DNA of 64,000 nucleotides, from positions 62,270-126,269 of the forward strand of contig JBOFUV010000052.1 of the NCBI GenBank assembly GCA_051652765.1. Reading direction: 5' to 3'. The position numbers and the translations under genes are program-made. The DNA comes from Microcoleaceae cyanobacterium (GTDB taxonomy: Bacteria > Cyanobacteriota > Cyanobacteriia > Cyanobacteriales > Microcoleaceae). The stretch's first letter is position 1. Every line of letters starts with the position of its first letter. The notes beneath the pieces are model-generated. The model was not told the origin of the DNA, made no database searches, and saw nothing but the letters and a program-made list of their open reading frames with translations. This document shows, in pieces, positions 63,781 to 64,000 of this stretch.

Positions 63781-63869
63781 GGATAACAACCCACTTGCAC
63801 GCCGACCGTATTGAGTTGGTTGGTTGAGACCGAAAGTTGACTAGCGGCGGGTAAAGCGGAACGTTATGC
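63781..63869 (+). mobile_element. attC-like site (89 bp)
   Basis: R'' GGATAAC at 63781, R' GTTATGC at 63863; inner arms CCACTT[G]CAC[G]CCG[A]CCG vs CGGCGGGTAAAGCGG; begins 26 bp after the GNAT stop. Confidence 0.75.
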
Positions 63870-64000
63870 CGCTTAGTCCTTGATTGAGATGTAGCGAAAA
63901 GTTATCTGTGAGTGGCGATAGTGGGATAGTTGTAAATTCTCGGTTGGGGGACGGTTGAGAGATTGTTAGTGAGATGCGATATTTATAGAAAATCGAGGGC

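Overview
Chromosomal window from a HIP1-rich cyanobacterium (roughly 40 GCGATCGC sites counted by eye; probably a filamentous, motile Oscillatoriales-type organism). Most of it is core or signalling genes: prfC, comM, ygfZ, an FHA/TPR-CHAT/DUF928 module, gap1, LysR, a TPR protein, a 1591-aa DUF4347/Calx-beta/Ig/RTX surface protein, rpsU, nagA, leuB, the pilG-H-I-J-L (hmpA-E) chemosensory operon with divergent hmpF, leuS, carA, cry-DASH, patatin, tRNA-Arg(UCU), PP2C, nfeD-SPFH and murJ. The most notable signal is in the last 1.4 kb and is not in the ORF track: what looks like a decayed integron. It comprises a minus-strand integron-integrase N-terminus (MEQRPKKLLD*VRDLIRLKHY) with a nonsense codon and truncation, a divergent leader carrying quasi-palindromes spaced 41 bp apart, a candidate attI core (GTTAGCA), a GNAT cassette, and an 89-bp attC-like site. 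A 22-bp-periodic array lies next to the truncation point. Other observations: a MITE with an 8-bp target duplication inserted into a hairpin, further MITE remnants, a 27-nt hairpin insertion inside leuS, a MOSC/alkyltransferase-like fusion, and recurrent 12-15-bp tandem duplications at gene ends. All calls come from reading the sequence; no database searches were run.
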